A stretch of 64,000 bases of DNA from Alistipes sp. (GCA_051875395.1 JBJEGV010000009.1:19756-83755); one strand, 5' to 3'; numbered from the stretch's first letter, positions 19,092 through 29,323 are shown. Numbers and translations are program-made. Notes: generated by a model not told the origin, from the sequence alone.

Positions 19092-20456
19092 TTACTCTTC
19101 TGCGAAGTATTTGTAGAACAGCGGAATGGTCTGCAAACCGCGCTCGAACTGCACAAGCCCGTAACTCTCGTTGGGCGAGTGGATTGCATCCTCTGCCAAA
19201 CCGAAACCGAGCAGCAGCGATTTTATGCCGAGTATGCGCTCGAATCCGCTGATAATCGGAATCGAGCCGCCCGAATAATAAGGCAGCGGTTTGGTGCCGA
19301 ATACCTCCTCGATGGCGTGTTCTGCCGCTCTGTATGCCGGCATGTCGGTCGGTGCGACGTAAGGTGCGCCTCCGTGCAGGAATTTGACATCGACCTTGAC
19401 GCTGCGCGGCGCAATGGCCTCGATGTGGCTTGCAAAGAGGTCGGCAATCTCGTCGAAATCCTGATTAGGTACGAGCCGCATCGATATTTTGGCAGAGGCA
19501 CGCGACGGAATGACGGTCTTTGTGCCCTCTTCGGTGTATCCGCCCCAAATGCCGTTCACATCGAGCGACGGACGGATGCCCGTGCGTTCGATGGTGGTGT
19601 AGCCCTCTTCGCCCTCGACATCAGCCACATCGAGCGACGATTTGTAGGCCTCCAACGAGAACGGAGCCTTGTTGAATGCCTTGCGCTCGTCGTCGGTAAG
19701 TTCGCGCACTTTGTCGTAAAAATGAGGAATCGTGATGCGTCCGTTTCGGTCGATAAGCGATGCGACGATGCGGGTCAGTACATTGGCCGGATTGGCTACC
19801 GCTCCGCCGAATATGCCCGAATGCAAATCCTTGTTCGGACCCGTTACCTCTATTTCCATATAGGTAAGGCCGCGCAAGCCGCAGGTAATCGAAGGAGTAT
19901 CCATCGAAATCATCGAGGTATCCGATACCAAAATTATATCGGCTGCAAGCATCTCCTTGTTCTGTTCGCAGAAGTCGTACAGATGCTCCGAGCCAATCTC
20001 CTCCTCGCCTTCGAGCATGAATTTTACGTTGCATGGCAGCGAGTCGGTGGCGCACATCGCCTCGAATGCCTTGATGTGCATGAAGAGTTGCCCCTTGTCG
20101 TCGTCTGCTCCGCGCCCCCAAATGCGGCCGTCTTTGATTTGGGGCTCGAACGGCTCTGTCGTCCAATCCGAACGGGGATCGACAGGCATCACGTCATAAT
20201 GGCCGTAGATGAGTACGGTCTTTGCCGTGTCGGAGATTTTCCGTTCGCCGAACACTACGGGATTGCCCGCTGTCGGCAACACTTCGGCATGGTCGGCACC
20301 CGCCTTCATCAGGGCAACGGCCAAATGTTCGGCGCAACGCACCATATCCTCTTTGTGTTCGCTTTGCGCACTGATTGACGGGATGCGGAGTATGTCGAAC
20401 AGTTCGTTGATAAACCGCTCTTTATTGTCGTTGATATAAAGTTGTACTTTATTCAT
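19092..20456 (-). CDS. M20 family dipeptidase
   Basis: YGHYDVMP, RGADDDKGQ, EGEEEIGS, DLHSG, HSPNE. Confidence 0.92.
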   Translation of the reverse strand: MNKVQLYINDNKERFINELFDILRIPSISAQSEHKEDMVRCAEHLAVALMKAGADHAEVLPTAGNPVVFGERKISDTAKTVLIYGHYDVMPVDPRSDWTTEPFEPQIKDGRIWGRGADDDKGQLFMHIKAFEAMCATDSLPCNVKFMLEGEEEIGSEHLYDFCEQNKEMLAADIILVSDTSMISMDTPSITCGLRGLTYMEIEVTGPNKDLHSGIFGGAVANPANVLTRIVASLIDRNGRITIPHFYDKVRELTDDERKAFNKAPFSLEAYKSSLDVADVEGEEGYTTIERTGIRPSLDVNGIWGGYTEEGTKTVIPSRASAKISMRLVPNQDFDEIADLFASHIEAIAPRSVKVDVKFLHGGAPYVAPTDMPAYRAAEHAIEEVFGTKPLPYYSGGSIPIISGFERILGIKSLLLGFGLAEDAIHSPNESYGLVQFERGLQTIPLFYKYFAEE

Positions 20457-20468
20457 ATTCGATTCGGT

Positions 20469-21857
20469 TTAGAGGTTGCAGATTCGTTTGATTTCATCGA
20501 TGAACCGTTGCGCCAATGCTTCGGCCTCATCCATCGATTTGGCCTCGGTGTAAACGCGGATTATAGGCTCGGTATTGGATTTGCGCAGATGTACCCAACT
20601 CTCTGCAAAATCGATTTTTACGCCGTCTATATCATTTATTCGTTCATCTGCATACCGGCTCTTTATTTCGAGCAGCACTTTATCTACATCGATTGCCGGT
20701 GTGAGTTCGATTTTGTTCTTCGATGCGAAGTATGCGGGATATGTTTTGCGCAATTCGGTCATGGTCAGATTCCGTTTGGCGAAATATGTCAAAAATAGAG
20801 CCACGCCGACAAGCGCATCGCGACCGTAGTGCAGTTCGGGATAGATTACTCCGCCGTTGCCCTCTCCGCCGATGATTGCGCCGACCTCTTTCATCTTCGC
20901 GACGACATTGACCTCGCCGACTGCCGATGCAAAGTATTTGCCGCCGTGAGCCACGGTAACGTCGTTCAGTGCGCGGGACGAACTGAGATTCGATACCGTA
21001 TTGCCCGCTTTGTGCGAGAGGATGTAGTCGGCCACGGCAACGAGAGTGTACTCCTCGACGAACATCGAGCCGTCCTCGCTGACGAATGCCAACCTATCGA
21101 CATCGGGATCGACCACGACACCCAAATCGGCCTTTTCGCGGACGATTACCTGCGAAATCTCGGTCAGATTCTGCGGCAGAGGCTCGGGGTTGTGGGCGAA
21201 TTGTCCGTCGGGCTTGCAGTTGAGTTCGATTACCTCGCAGCCGAGTTCGCGCAGCAATTGCGGAATAACCACTCCGCCGACCGAATTGACTGCATCGACG
21301 ACCACGCGCAGATGACGTTTGCGGACAGCCTCGACATCGACCAAAGGCAGAGCCAACACCTGTCGGATGTGCGTTGCATTGAACGATTCGCGCGAGAGTA
21401 CCTTGCCTATTGCATCCACTTCGGGGAATGAGAAATCGCTGCTCTCGGCAAGCGCAAGCACCTGTTTGCCTTCGGCATCGTTGAGAAATTCGCCGTGCTC
21501 GTTGAGCAGTTTGAGCGCATTCCACTGTTTCGGGTTGTGGGAAGCGGTGATGATGATGCCTCCGTCGGCATGGTTGGCTATTACTGCCAATTCCGTTCCC
21601 GGTGTGGTACACAGCCCGACGTTGATGACATCGGCTCCGCATCCGAGCAGTGTGCCTTCGACGAGGTCGTTTACCATCTCGCCCGAGATGCGGGCATCGC
21701 GACCGACCACTATCGTCAGTCGTTTGCCCTTGTGCTTGGTGCCGATGAAACGGGTGTAGGCTGTTGTGAATTTCACAATGTCCGTCGGTGTAAGATTATC
21801 GCCGGTTGCGCCACCTATCGTGCCGCGTATGCCGGATATCGACTTAATCAGTGTCAT
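20469..21857 (-). CDS. glmM: Phosphoglucosamine mutase (alpha-D-phosphohexomutase)
   Basis: Start MTLIKSISGIRG; ITASHNP, DPDVDR, GGEGNGG, RKSNTEP. Confidence 0.88.
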   Translation of the reverse strand: MTLIKSISGIRGTIGGATGDNLTPTDIVKFTTAYTRFIGTKHKGKRLTIVVGRDARISGEMVNDLVEGTLLGCGADVINVGLCTTPGTELAVIANHADGGIIITASHNPKQWNALKLLNEHGEFLNDAEGKQVLALAESSDFSFPEVDAIGKVLSRESFNATHIRQVLALPLVDVEAVRKRHLRVVVDAVNSVGGVVIPQLLRELGCEVIELNCKPDGQFAHNPEPLPQNLTEISQVIVREKADLGVVVDPDVDRLAFVSEDGSMFVEEYTLVAVADYILSHKAGNTVSNLSSSRALNDVTVAHGGKYFASAVGEVNVVAKMKEVGAIIGGEGNGGVIYPELHYGRDALVGVALFLTYFAKRNLTMTELRKTYPAYFASKNKIELTPAIDVDKVLLEIKSRYADERINDIDGVKIDFAESWVHLRKSNTEPIIRVYTEAKSMDEAEALAQRFIDEIKRICNL

Positions 21858-21977
21858 AATAAGGAGATTTTTATTTGAAAAATAAAAAAGTTCGGGTTTT
21901 CCTTTGAAAATCGTTGTAAATATACTACTTTTATGCCAATTATCCAAGCGGTAAAACAAAACAAATATCATAACAAT

Positions 21978-22862
21978 ATGGAAAAGCAAAGAATTATACC
22001 TGCATCGGAACTGATTATCAACGATGATGGTTCAATCTTTCATCTGCATCTGCGTCCCGAGCAGTTGGCAGACACGGTAATCCTTGTCGGCGACCCGGGT
22101 CGTGTGGCAATGGTGGCATCGTTCTTCGACACGAAGGAGTGCGAGGTGTCCAATCGCGAATTCAACATCGTTACGGGTACCTACAAGGGCAAGCGAATGA
22201 CCGTGCTCTCGACGGGTATCGGTATCGGCAACATCGATATTTCGGTTACGGAGTTGGATGCGTTGGCGAATGTCGATTTTGCGACCCGTCGGGTCAAGGA
22301 TACTTTCCGCCAACTGACACTCGTGCGGCTCGGTACGTCGGGGGCATTGCAGCCCGACATCAAGGTCGGCGAGCAGGTCTTTTCGCGCACGTCGGTCGGT
22401 TTCGACGGTCTGCTGAACTACTATGCGGGTCGCAACGAAGTGTGCGATTTGGCGATAGAGCAGGCGTTTATGAAGCATGTGGGTTGGAACGAACTGTTGC
22501 CGAAGCCGTATTTCATCAATGCAGACGCTTCGCTGTTCGAACTCTTTAAGGATATTACCCACGAAGGTATCACGATTGCCGCCCCCGGCTTCTATGCTCC
22601 GCAAGGCAGATGGGTGCGCATGCAGCCGCAGGATGTGCATCTGAACGAGAAGATAGAGTCGTTCGACTACAACGGTCGCCGAATTACCAATTTCGAGATG
22701 GAAGGCTCGGCTTTGGCAGGTCTCGCCGCTCTGATGGGACACAAGGCTGCCACAATCTGTACGATTATCGCCCAGCGCGTGGCACTCGACGCATGCACCG
22801 ACTACAAGCCGTTCGTGCGCAAGATGGTCGCAAATGCACTCGACAAACTCGCCACATTGTAG
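21978..22862 (+). CDS. Uridine/nucleoside phosphorylase (PNP_UDP_1 family)
   Basis: Start MEKQRIIPASEL; LVGDPGRV, STGIGIGNID, RLGTSG, NFEMEGS. Confidence 0.9.
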   Translation: MEKQRIIPASELIINDDGSIFHLHLRPEQLADTVILVGDPGRVAMVASFFDTKECEVSNREFNIVTGTYKGKRMTVLSTGIGIGNIDISVTELDALANVDFATRRVKDTFRQLTLVRLGTSGALQPDIKVGEQVFSRTSVGFDGLLNYYAGRNEVCDLAIEQAFMKHVGWNELLPKPYFINADASLFELFKDITHEGITIAAPGFYAPQGRWVRMQPQDVHLNEKIESFDYNGRRITNFEMEGSALAGLAALMGHKAATICTIIAQRVALDACTDYKPFVRKMVANALDKLATL

Positions 22863-22927
22863 GTATACGACCCGAATCGACAATAAGATAGATAAGAGAA
22901 ATAAAGCAACGAAAAAAGATAACGATT

Positions 22928-24052
22928 ATGAAATTTACAGTATCAAGTTCCGCATTGCTGTCGCTTTTGGCGACCACAGGCAAGGTAATCAACAGCAAAA
23001 ATACGCTCCCGATTCTCGACTATTTCCTCATGGAGTTGAAGGGCGACGAATTGAAGGTAACCACTTCCGACCTCGAAACCACTCTTACAAGTACGCTGAA
23101 AGTCTCTAACGTGGAGGAAGAGGGCAAAGTGGCCGCACCTGCAAAGTTGATGTTGGACGTATTGAAGGAGTGTTCGGAGATGCCGCTCACTTTGGAGGTG
23201 AACAGTGCCAATTGGGAGATTAAAATCGGTTGGATGAGCGGAGGCTCGTCGGTACCGGGTGCCAATCCCGTAAGTTATCCGACCGTGCAGTCGCTCGAAG
23301 CGGACAAAATCGACGTTACGCTCGATGTCGATACCCTCGTGAACGGTATCAACAAAACCATATTCGCCACGGCGGACGACGAGTTGCGTCCGGTGATGAA
23401 CGGCGTGTTTATCAATCTCGACGATTCGGTTTTGACCTGCGTGGCCACCGATGCCCACAAACTCGTCAAGTATTCGACCGAGTGCAAGTGTGCGGCAAAG
23501 GCTTCGCTGATTCTGCCGAAGAAACCTGCCAATCTGCTGAAAACGATGTTGCTCAAAGAGGAGGCTGACGTGCAGATGTCGTTCGACAGCAACAATGCCG
23601 TGTTCCGTCTCTCGAACAGTACGCTGATTTGCCGTCTTATCGAGGGCAACTATCCCAACTATAACGCCGTCATTCCTGCCGCCAATCCGAACAAGTTGCT
23701 CATCGACCGCATCGAACTCGTAAACGGCATCAAGCGTGTTGCCGTGTGCGCCAACCCGACGACCAACCTTATCCGCATGGAGATAGGCGCGAACAAGGTG
23801 TCGCTTACGGCGCAGGATTTGGATTTCTATGTATCGGCAAACGAGACGTTGAGTTGCAGTTACGAGGGCGAGCCTATCACAATCGGTTTCAAATCGACCT
23901 TCCTTGTGGAGATTCTCTCGAATATCGAGACGCCGACCGTACAGGTCGAACTTGCCGACTCGACCCGTGCGGGAGTATTCAAACCGGTGTACGACGATAA
24001 GCAGAACAGTACGACGCTGATGTTGCTGATGCCTATGATGATTAACGCATAA
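22928..24052 (+). CDS. dnaN: DNA polymerase III beta clamp
   Basis: MKFTVSSSALL, LPILD, DELRPVMNG, VATDAHKL, LIEGNYPNY, LLMPM. Confidence 0.96.
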   Translation: MKFTVSSSALLSLLATTGKVINSKNTLPILDYFLMELKGDELKVTTSDLETTLTSTLKVSNVEEEGKVAAPAKLMLDVLKECSEMPLTLEVNSANWEIKIGWMSGGSSVPGANPVSYPTVQSLEADKIDVTLDVDTLVNGINKTIFATADDELRPVMNGVFINLDDSVLTCVATDAHKLVKYSTECKCAAKASLILPKKPANLLKTMLLKEEADVQMSFDSNNAVFRLSNSTLICRLIEGNYPNYNAVIPAANPNKLLIDRIELVNGIKRVAVCANPTTNLIRMEIGANKVSLTAQDLDFYVSANETLSCSYEGEPITIGFKSTFLVEILSNIETPTVQVELADSTRAGVFKPVYDDKQNSTTLMLLMPMMINA

Positions 24053-24066
24053 GCGGGGCAGACGGT

Positions 24067-24843
24067 ATGAAACTCAAACTCAAACGCCCGATTGTCTTTT
24101 TCGACTTGGAGACTACGGGTGTCGATACTTCGCGCGACCGTATAGTAGAAATATCGCTCGTAAAGATTATGCCCGACGGTGAGGAGATTGTCCGCACCCG
24201 ACGCATCAATCCTACGATACCGATTCCGAAAGAGGCGTCGGACATCCACCATATTACCGACGAGGATGTCAAGGATTGCCCGACATTCGCCCAAATCGCC
24301 AAGTCGCTGAAAGAGTACATCGCAGGGTGCGATTTCGGCGGATTCAACTCCAACCGTTTCGATTTGCCGGTGTTGGTCGAGGAGTTTTTGCGTGCGGGTG
24401 TGGATGTCGATTTCCGCAATCGCAGATATGTCGATGTGCAGAACATCTTTCATAAGAAGGAGGAGCGCACGCTTTCGGCGGCCTACAAATTCTATTGCCA
24501 TAAGGAACTCGGCGATGCGGCGCATGGTGCAGAGGCCGATACTTTGGCGACCTACGAGGTGTTGCAGGCGCAGTTGGACAGATATCCCGATTTGGAGAAC
24601 GACATCGATTTCCTTGCCAAGTATTCGTCGCGTGGCGAAACTGCCGATTTTGCCGGCCGTATAGCCTACAACGATAAGGGCGAGGAGGTCTTTGCATTCG
24701 GCAAATATCGCGGCCAATCGGTGGCGAAGGTCTTCGAGGAGGACGAAAGTTACTACGAATGGATGATGAAGGGCGACTTCCCTCAATATACCAAAAAGGT
24801 TATAACCGAGATAAAATTGCGCAGTTTTAACGGAAACAAGTGA
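24067..24843 (+). CDS. DEDDh 3'-5' exonuclease (DnaQ-like)
   Basis: FDLETTG, FNSNRFD, AHGAEADT; C-terminal FAFGKYRG. Confidence 0.92.
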   Translation: MKLKLKRPIVFFDLETTGVDTSRDRIVEISLVKIMPDGEEIVRTRRINPTIPIPKEASDIHHITDEDVKDCPTFAQIAKSLKEYIAGCDFGGFNSNRFDLPVLVEEFLRAGVDVDFRNRRYVDVQNIFHKKEERTLSAAYKFYCHKELGDAAHGAEADTLATYEVLQAQLDRYPDLENDIDFLAKYSSRGETADFAGRIAYNDKGEEVFAFGKYRGQSVAKVFEEDESYYEWMMKGDFPQYTKKVITEIKLRSFNGNK

Positions 24844-26708
24844 TGAATTGGCTCAAATATACAGGCGCGTTTTTGTTGCTGTCGCTCCTTGCCGACTGCG
24901 GTGTTGCACAGGCGCAGAGCGCAGATGCGGGGCAGGAGCAGACCATCTCGATTGAGGGCAGACAATACCGTTTGCACATTGTTGCCAAGGGCGAAACGCT
25001 CTACTCCCTCTCCAAACACTATGGCGTGAGCATCGACGAGATAATCGCCGACAATTCCGCGCTAAAAGAGGGGTTGAAAACTGGTCAGGCAATCAAACTG
25101 CCGTGCAACGATACGACGGCAAAGGCGAGCGAGGCTGTCAAGCCCGCCAAGCGCAAGAAGGGCAAATTCATAACACACACGGTGGCGCAGGGCGAGACGC
25201 TCTATTCGATTTCGCGCCGCTATTCGGTATCGGTCGAGACGATTGTGGCCGACAACGACAATGTCGATGCGTCGCATCTTGCAGTCGGCACCGAGTTGCT
25301 TATCCGCAAGGGCAAAGGCGCAAAGCAGGAGGAGCAGATTGCGCAGCCGACCGACATCGAACAGTCGGGCGGCAATACCGCTCCGCAACAGGAATATGCC
25401 TACCACGTCGTCCATTCGGGCGAAACGGCGGCATCCATAGCCGAGCGATTCGGCACGACCGAACAATCGCTGCTTGCACTCAACGGCATGCGTCGGCCGG
25501 CAGAGATGAAAACAGGTCTCATCGTAAAGGTGCCGCGACCGATGGCGGAACAGCCGATGCAGGAACAGCCCGTCGAGGAGGAGCAGACTCCGCAGGAGAT
25601 AACCTTCCGACCGCTCCGAGCAGGCGAAACGGCAAAGGTGGCGTTGCTGCTGCCGTTGGATGCCAAAGGAGTGCCGGCTCAAAACTATGTCGATTTTTAT
25701 TGCGGCTTTCTGCTCGGTATGGATTCGGTGCGCATGCACGGCATATCGGCAGAGGTCGATGTATTCGATACGGCGCACGACTATTCGCGCGTGGACGAGA
25801 TTGTCAAAAACGGCAGTTTGGACGGGACCGATTTAATCGTGGGTCCCGTTTACGAGGATTTGATGGCTCCCGTTGCGGAGTATGCCGCGCAACACTCCGT
25901 TCCGCTCGTGTCGCCGTTGGCCAACATCGCCGGAGAGCAGAACGGTGCGGTGTTCCGTATGTCGCCCGATTCGGAGTCGAAATATGACAAGGTACGCGAT
26001 TTGCTCGACGGCTCGAAACAGGTGGTGTTCATCCGTTCGGGTGCGACCGATACGGAGTTCGAGGCAGAGATTGTGCGCGAATTGGGCGCAACTCCTTATA
26101 TCGTTCACGAATACGTTTACGAGCATCCGTCGATTATCGAAAAACGCGAGAAAGAACGCGAACGGACGGGTGCCGAGTACGAACCTGCACCGAGCGACCT
26201 CTCGCCGTTGTTGCAGGGCGAAGGCGAGCGGGTGTTCGTGGTGCTGTCGGAAAACGAAACGGATGTGGACAGGGTTTTGGCCGCACTCGCATCGGCGCAC
26301 ATATCGCTTTCGGCTCGTTCGCGCAATGTGGCTCCGTTCGTCGTTTTGGGCAACAACAAATGGAACCGTTACCGCAACCTCGACCGTTCGATATATTTTA
26401 CGGTCAATGCGGTAATGCTCTCCACCTACCATGTGCAGCGCAACGACACCCTGATTAAGGAGTTCGACAGCCGTTATGCCGCCGCGTTCGGCTCGATACC
26501 GACGCTCTACTCCTATCGCGGCTACGATGCGGCAGTCGTATTCGTCGAGTCGCTCCGCTCCGCAATGCAGGGGTGTTTGGAGGGTCGTACCTTCGTTCCG
26601 TTGCAGACGCCGTATCGTTTCGAGAAGGTGTCGGACGGTGCGATGCACATCAACCGAGAGTGGGTAAGAGTGAACTATCACAACAACTTTACGATAACAA
26701 CCAAATAG
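24840..26708 (+). CDS. Exported protein with three LysM domains and a type-1 periplasmic-binding-like domain
   Basis: HIVAKGETLYSLSKHY, HTVAQGETLYSISRRY, HVVHSGETAASIAERF; KVALLLP, DLIVGPVY. Confidence 0.88.
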   Translation: MMNWLKYTGAFLLLSLLADCGVAQAQSADAGQEQTISIEGRQYRLHIVAKGETLYSLSKHYGVSIDEIIADNSALKEGLKTGQAIKLPCNDTTAKASEAVKPAKRKKGKFITHTVAQGETLYSISRRYSVSVETIVADNDNVDASHLAVGTELLIRKGKGAKQEEQIAQPTDIEQSGGNTAPQQEYAYHVVHSGETAASIAERFGTTEQSLLALNGMRRPAEMKTGLIVKVPRPMAEQPMQEQPVEEEQTPQEITFRPLRAGETAKVALLLPLDAKGVPAQNYVDFYCGFLLGMDSVRMHGISAEVDVFDTAHDYSRVDEIVKNGSLDGTDLIVGPVYEDLMAPVAEYAAQHSVPLVSPLANIAGEQNGAVFRMSPDSESKYDKVRDLLDGSKQVVFIRSGATDTEFEAEIVRELGATPYIVHEYVYEHPSIIEKREKERERTGAEYEPAPSDLSPLLQGEGERVFVVLSENETDVDRVLAALASAHISLSARSRNVAPFVVLGNNKWNRYRNLDRSIYFTVNAVMLSTYHVQRNDTLIKEFDSRYAAAFGSIPTLYSYRGYDAAVVFVESLRSAMQGCLEGRTFVPLQTPYRFEKVSDGAMHINREWVRVNYHNNFTITTK

Positions 26709-26714
26709 TCGCTT

Positions 26715-27374
26715 ATGGCAAACATACCAAACAACATACCGGAAAAAACCATCGAACGATTGAGCGAATATCGCCGCACATTGCTTTCGTGCCATCGACA
26801 GGGCATTACGCATGTCTTTTCGCATGTGCTTGCGGGCATCCACGGCATTACTGCCGTACAGGTGCGACGCGATTTGATGCTGATAGGATTTTCGAGCGAT
26901 ACCAAAAAGGGCTACGATGTGAAGGTGCTTATCGACTTCATCAACAACATCCTTTACAGCGAGAATGCGATGAATATCGCCGTTATAGGTATGGGTCATC
27001 TCGGTCAGGCGATTACCAAGTATTTCAACGGCAAGCAGTTGCGTTTGCGCATCACTGTCGCTTTCGACATCGACCCCGAAAAGGTCGGTCATACAATCGA
27101 CGACATTCCGTGCTACCACATGTCGGAGTTCGAGGATGTAGTGGCGAATAACGACATCAGCATCGTTATCGTCTCGTTGCCGACCAAGGCGGCTTCGGAG
27201 TTGGTAATCCCGATAATCAATGCAGGCATTAAGGGCGTGTTGAATTTCACGTCGGCACCTCTCAACTTTCCTCAGGGTATCGTGGTCGAGAATTACGATA
27301 TAACGACGGTACTCGAAAAGGTGGCATATTTCGTCAAGGCCACCGAGGAGAACAACCAAGCGGTGGAGCGATGA
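26715..27374 (+). CDS. rex: Redox-sensing transcriptional repressor Rex
   Basis: TIERLSEYRR, QVRRDL, GYDV, GMGHLGQA, GVLNFT. Confidence 0.93.
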   Translation: MANIPNNIPEKTIERLSEYRRTLLSCHRQGITHVFSHVLAGIHGITAVQVRRDLMLIGFSSDTKKGYDVKVLIDFINNILYSENAMNIAVIGMGHLGQAITKYFNGKQLRLRITVAFDIDPEKVGHTIDDIPCYHMSEFEDVVANNDISIVIVSLPTKAASELVIPIINAGIKGVLNFTSAPLNFPQGIVVENYDITTVLEKVAYFVKATEENNQAVER

Positions 27375-28114
27375 AGATAGCGAGCGGATTCGGAACATTG
27401 CCACCGTTGCACAATGCCGTCGTTACGGTCGGCTCTTTCGACGGTGTGCATTGCGGTCATCGGATACTGCTCGACGGCGTATGCCGCAAGGCGCGGGAGT
27501 GCGGCGGCGACAGCGTCGTCGTAACCTTCGAGCCGCATCCGCGCATAACGTTGCACAAGGCGGAGGGATTGCGATTGCTGACAACGCTCGACGAGAAGGC
27601 GCTGCTGCTCGATAGATGCGGTATCGACTGCCTTGTGGTCGTGCCTTTCGACGAGGCATTCAGCCGTCTGTCGCGCGAGGAGTTCCTCGGTGATTACATC
27701 ATCGGTCGCCTGCATACGCATACGCTTGTTGTCGGCTACAATCATCGTTTCGGCCGCAACAACGAGGGCGATTATTCGTTCCTTGCAGGTGCTGCGGGAA
27801 TAGATGTGGTCGAGGTAAAACAGCATTTGGCAGACGGGAACAAGGTCAGTTCGACGCTTGTGCGCGAGGCAGTCGGGCGCGGCGATATGGCTACGGCGAT
27901 GCGGCTGCTCGGCCACCCTTATATGATAATCGGCAAAGCCGGTGCAGCGGGCGTGTCGGTGGCGGACGGATACAAACTCTTGCCTCCCGACGGCGACTAT
28001 CTCGCTGCCGTAAACGGCGAAAAACGAATAATACGAATTGCCGACGGTCGTCTTCTTGTCGGAGATGGCGCAATGCCGGCGCAAACAATAGTGGAGATTT
28101 ATGATATCGCATGA
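27371..28114 (+). CDS. FAD synthetase (FMN adenylyltransferase) with degenerate riboflavin-kinase domain
   Basis: VGSFDGVHCGH, TFEPHP, VVGYNHRFG, VSSTLVR, LLGHPY; kinase PTAN motif absent. Confidence 0.85.
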   Translation: MKIASGFGTLPPLHNAVVTVGSFDGVHCGHRILLDGVCRKARECGGDSVVVTFEPHPRITLHKAEGLRLLTTLDEKALLLDRCGIDCLVVVPFDEAFSRLSREEFLGDYIIGRLHTHTLVVGYNHRFGRNNEGDYSFLAGAAGIDVVEVKQHLADGNKVSSTLVREAVGRGDMATAMRLLGHPYMIIGKAGAAGVSVADGYKLLPPDGDYLAAVNGEKRIIRIADGRLLVGDGAMPAQTIVEIYDIA

Positions 28115-28505
28115 GGTTAAAATCCGTGTCCGCTACAAGGATACGGACAAGATGGGGGTGGTCTATCACTCCAACTACATAGTCTATTACGAGGAGGCTC
28201 GTACCGAGATGTTCCGCTCCATCGGCATTCCCTATTCCGAATTGGAGGCGCAGGGCATAATGACGCCGATTTTGGAGGTCGAGTCGAAATATATCGCACC
28301 TGCCTACTATGACGAGGTAATTACCGTGCGTGCCACGATAGCCGAAGAGCCTATGGCTCGGATGAACATTACCTACGAGGTGCTGGACGAGCAGGGTCGT
28401 ACAATCAATACGGGTCGCACGGTACTCGGCTTTGTCAATGCCGCAACGCGTCGTCCGTGCCGTGCGCCTGAGGCTATGTTGCAGGTCATCCGCGAAAAGT
28501 TGTAG
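28101..28505 (+). CDS. Acyl-CoA thioesterase (YbgC/4HBT family)
   Basis: RVRYKDTDKMGVVYHSNY...EEAR. Confidence 0.9.
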   Translation: MISHEVKIRVRYKDTDKMGVVYHSNYIVYYEEARTEMFRSIGIPYSELEAQGIMTPILEVESKYIAPAYYDEVITVRATIAEEPMARMNITYEVLDEQGRTINTGRTVLGFVNAATRRPCRAPEAMLQVIREKL

Positions 28506-28507
28506 CG

Positions 28508-29161
28508 ATGACGATGAGCGGCAAGTGCCTGCGGGTTACGTCGGGCTATATCGCATTGGTGGCCGTCTATTTCGGCAATGCCGTTCTGGGCGACGGAGAT
28601 TTGACCCTGTTCGACGAGATGGTCAAGACTGCGCCGCTGCTCTTTTTGGGCGCAATCGTCGCCATGGAACAATATCGCGGTGCGCGATTGTTGGCTGCGG
28701 CTCTGCTGCTCTCGGCAGTAGGCGATTGGGCCGGCGAACGCGGATTGTTTCTCTCGCAGGTGGGGTCGTTTATGGCGGCGCATGTCGCATTCGCCCTCTA
28801 TTTTCTGCGTCGCACAAAGGCCGATGCGGCAGGCATTCTGCTCTCGGTCGCGTTGGTTGCGACAGGCATCGCCGCAGGGGCTTTTCTGTTGCCGCATATC
28901 GGTTCGCTGACGGAACGGGTAATGTGCGGAGGGTATATAGCCGCGATTCTGACTATGGCAGTTTCGGCGATTCTGCGGCAGGGAGTATGGCGATGGGCAG
29001 GAGCAGGAGCGGCGTTGCTCTTCATATTTTCCGACGGCTGCATCGCTTGGAATCGCTTTGTCGAGCCTCTGCCGTATGCTGGATTGTGGATAATGTCCGC
29101 ATATTTTGCGGCGCAATATATCTTTGCAATCATCGGTCTGAAAGAGGGTGAGGGTAAGTAG
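28508..29161 (+). CDS. YhhN / lysoplasmalogenase family membrane protein
   Basis: KTAP, LLLSAVGDWAG, FMAAHVAF, GAALLFIFSDGCIAWNRF, MSAYFAAQY; about 7 TMs. Confidence 0.85.
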   Translation: MTMSGKCLRVTSGYIALVAVYFGNAVLGDGDLTLFDEMVKTAPLLFLGAIVAMEQYRGARLLAAALLLSAVGDWAGERGLFLSQVGSFMAAHVAFALYFLRRTKADAAGILLSVALVATGIAAGAFLLPHIGSLTERVMCGGYIAAILTMAVSAILRQGVWRWAGAGAALLFIFSDGCIAWNRFVEPLPYAGLWIMSAYFAAQYIFAIIGLKEGEGK

Positions 29162-29198
29162 CACCCTGCCGCAACAATGCTTCGGGATATAACAAACT

Positions 29199-29228
29199 AA
29201 TCGAGCAACCCGATTGGATTGCTCGATT
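29199..29228. terminator. Hairpin between yhhN and the tRNA 3' end
   Basis: 10-bp inverted repeat AATCGAGCAA / TTGCTCGATT. Confidence 0.65.
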
Positions 29229-29304
29229 GGCGGTGTGTAGGGGACTCGAACCCCTGACCCCGTGCGTGACAGGCACGTATTCTAACCAGCTGAACTAACA
29301 CACC
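29228..29304 (-). tRNA. tRNA-Asp (GTC), CCA encoded
   Basis: GGTGTGT/ACACACC acceptor, CGTGC-CT-GTC-AC-GCACG anticodon arm, AGGGG-TTCGAGT-CCCCT T arm, GCCA 3' end. Confidence 0.97.
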
Positions 29305-29323
29305 GTTTTGCTGATTGCGAGTG

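Noticed and set aside
21764-21778. Perfect palindrome TTGTGAA-T-TTCACAA resembling a Rex operator (rex is in the window)
   Set aside because: Rex boxes have a 4-nt spacer; this has 1 nt and lies inside glmM coding sequence (IVKFT), so it is probably coincidental.
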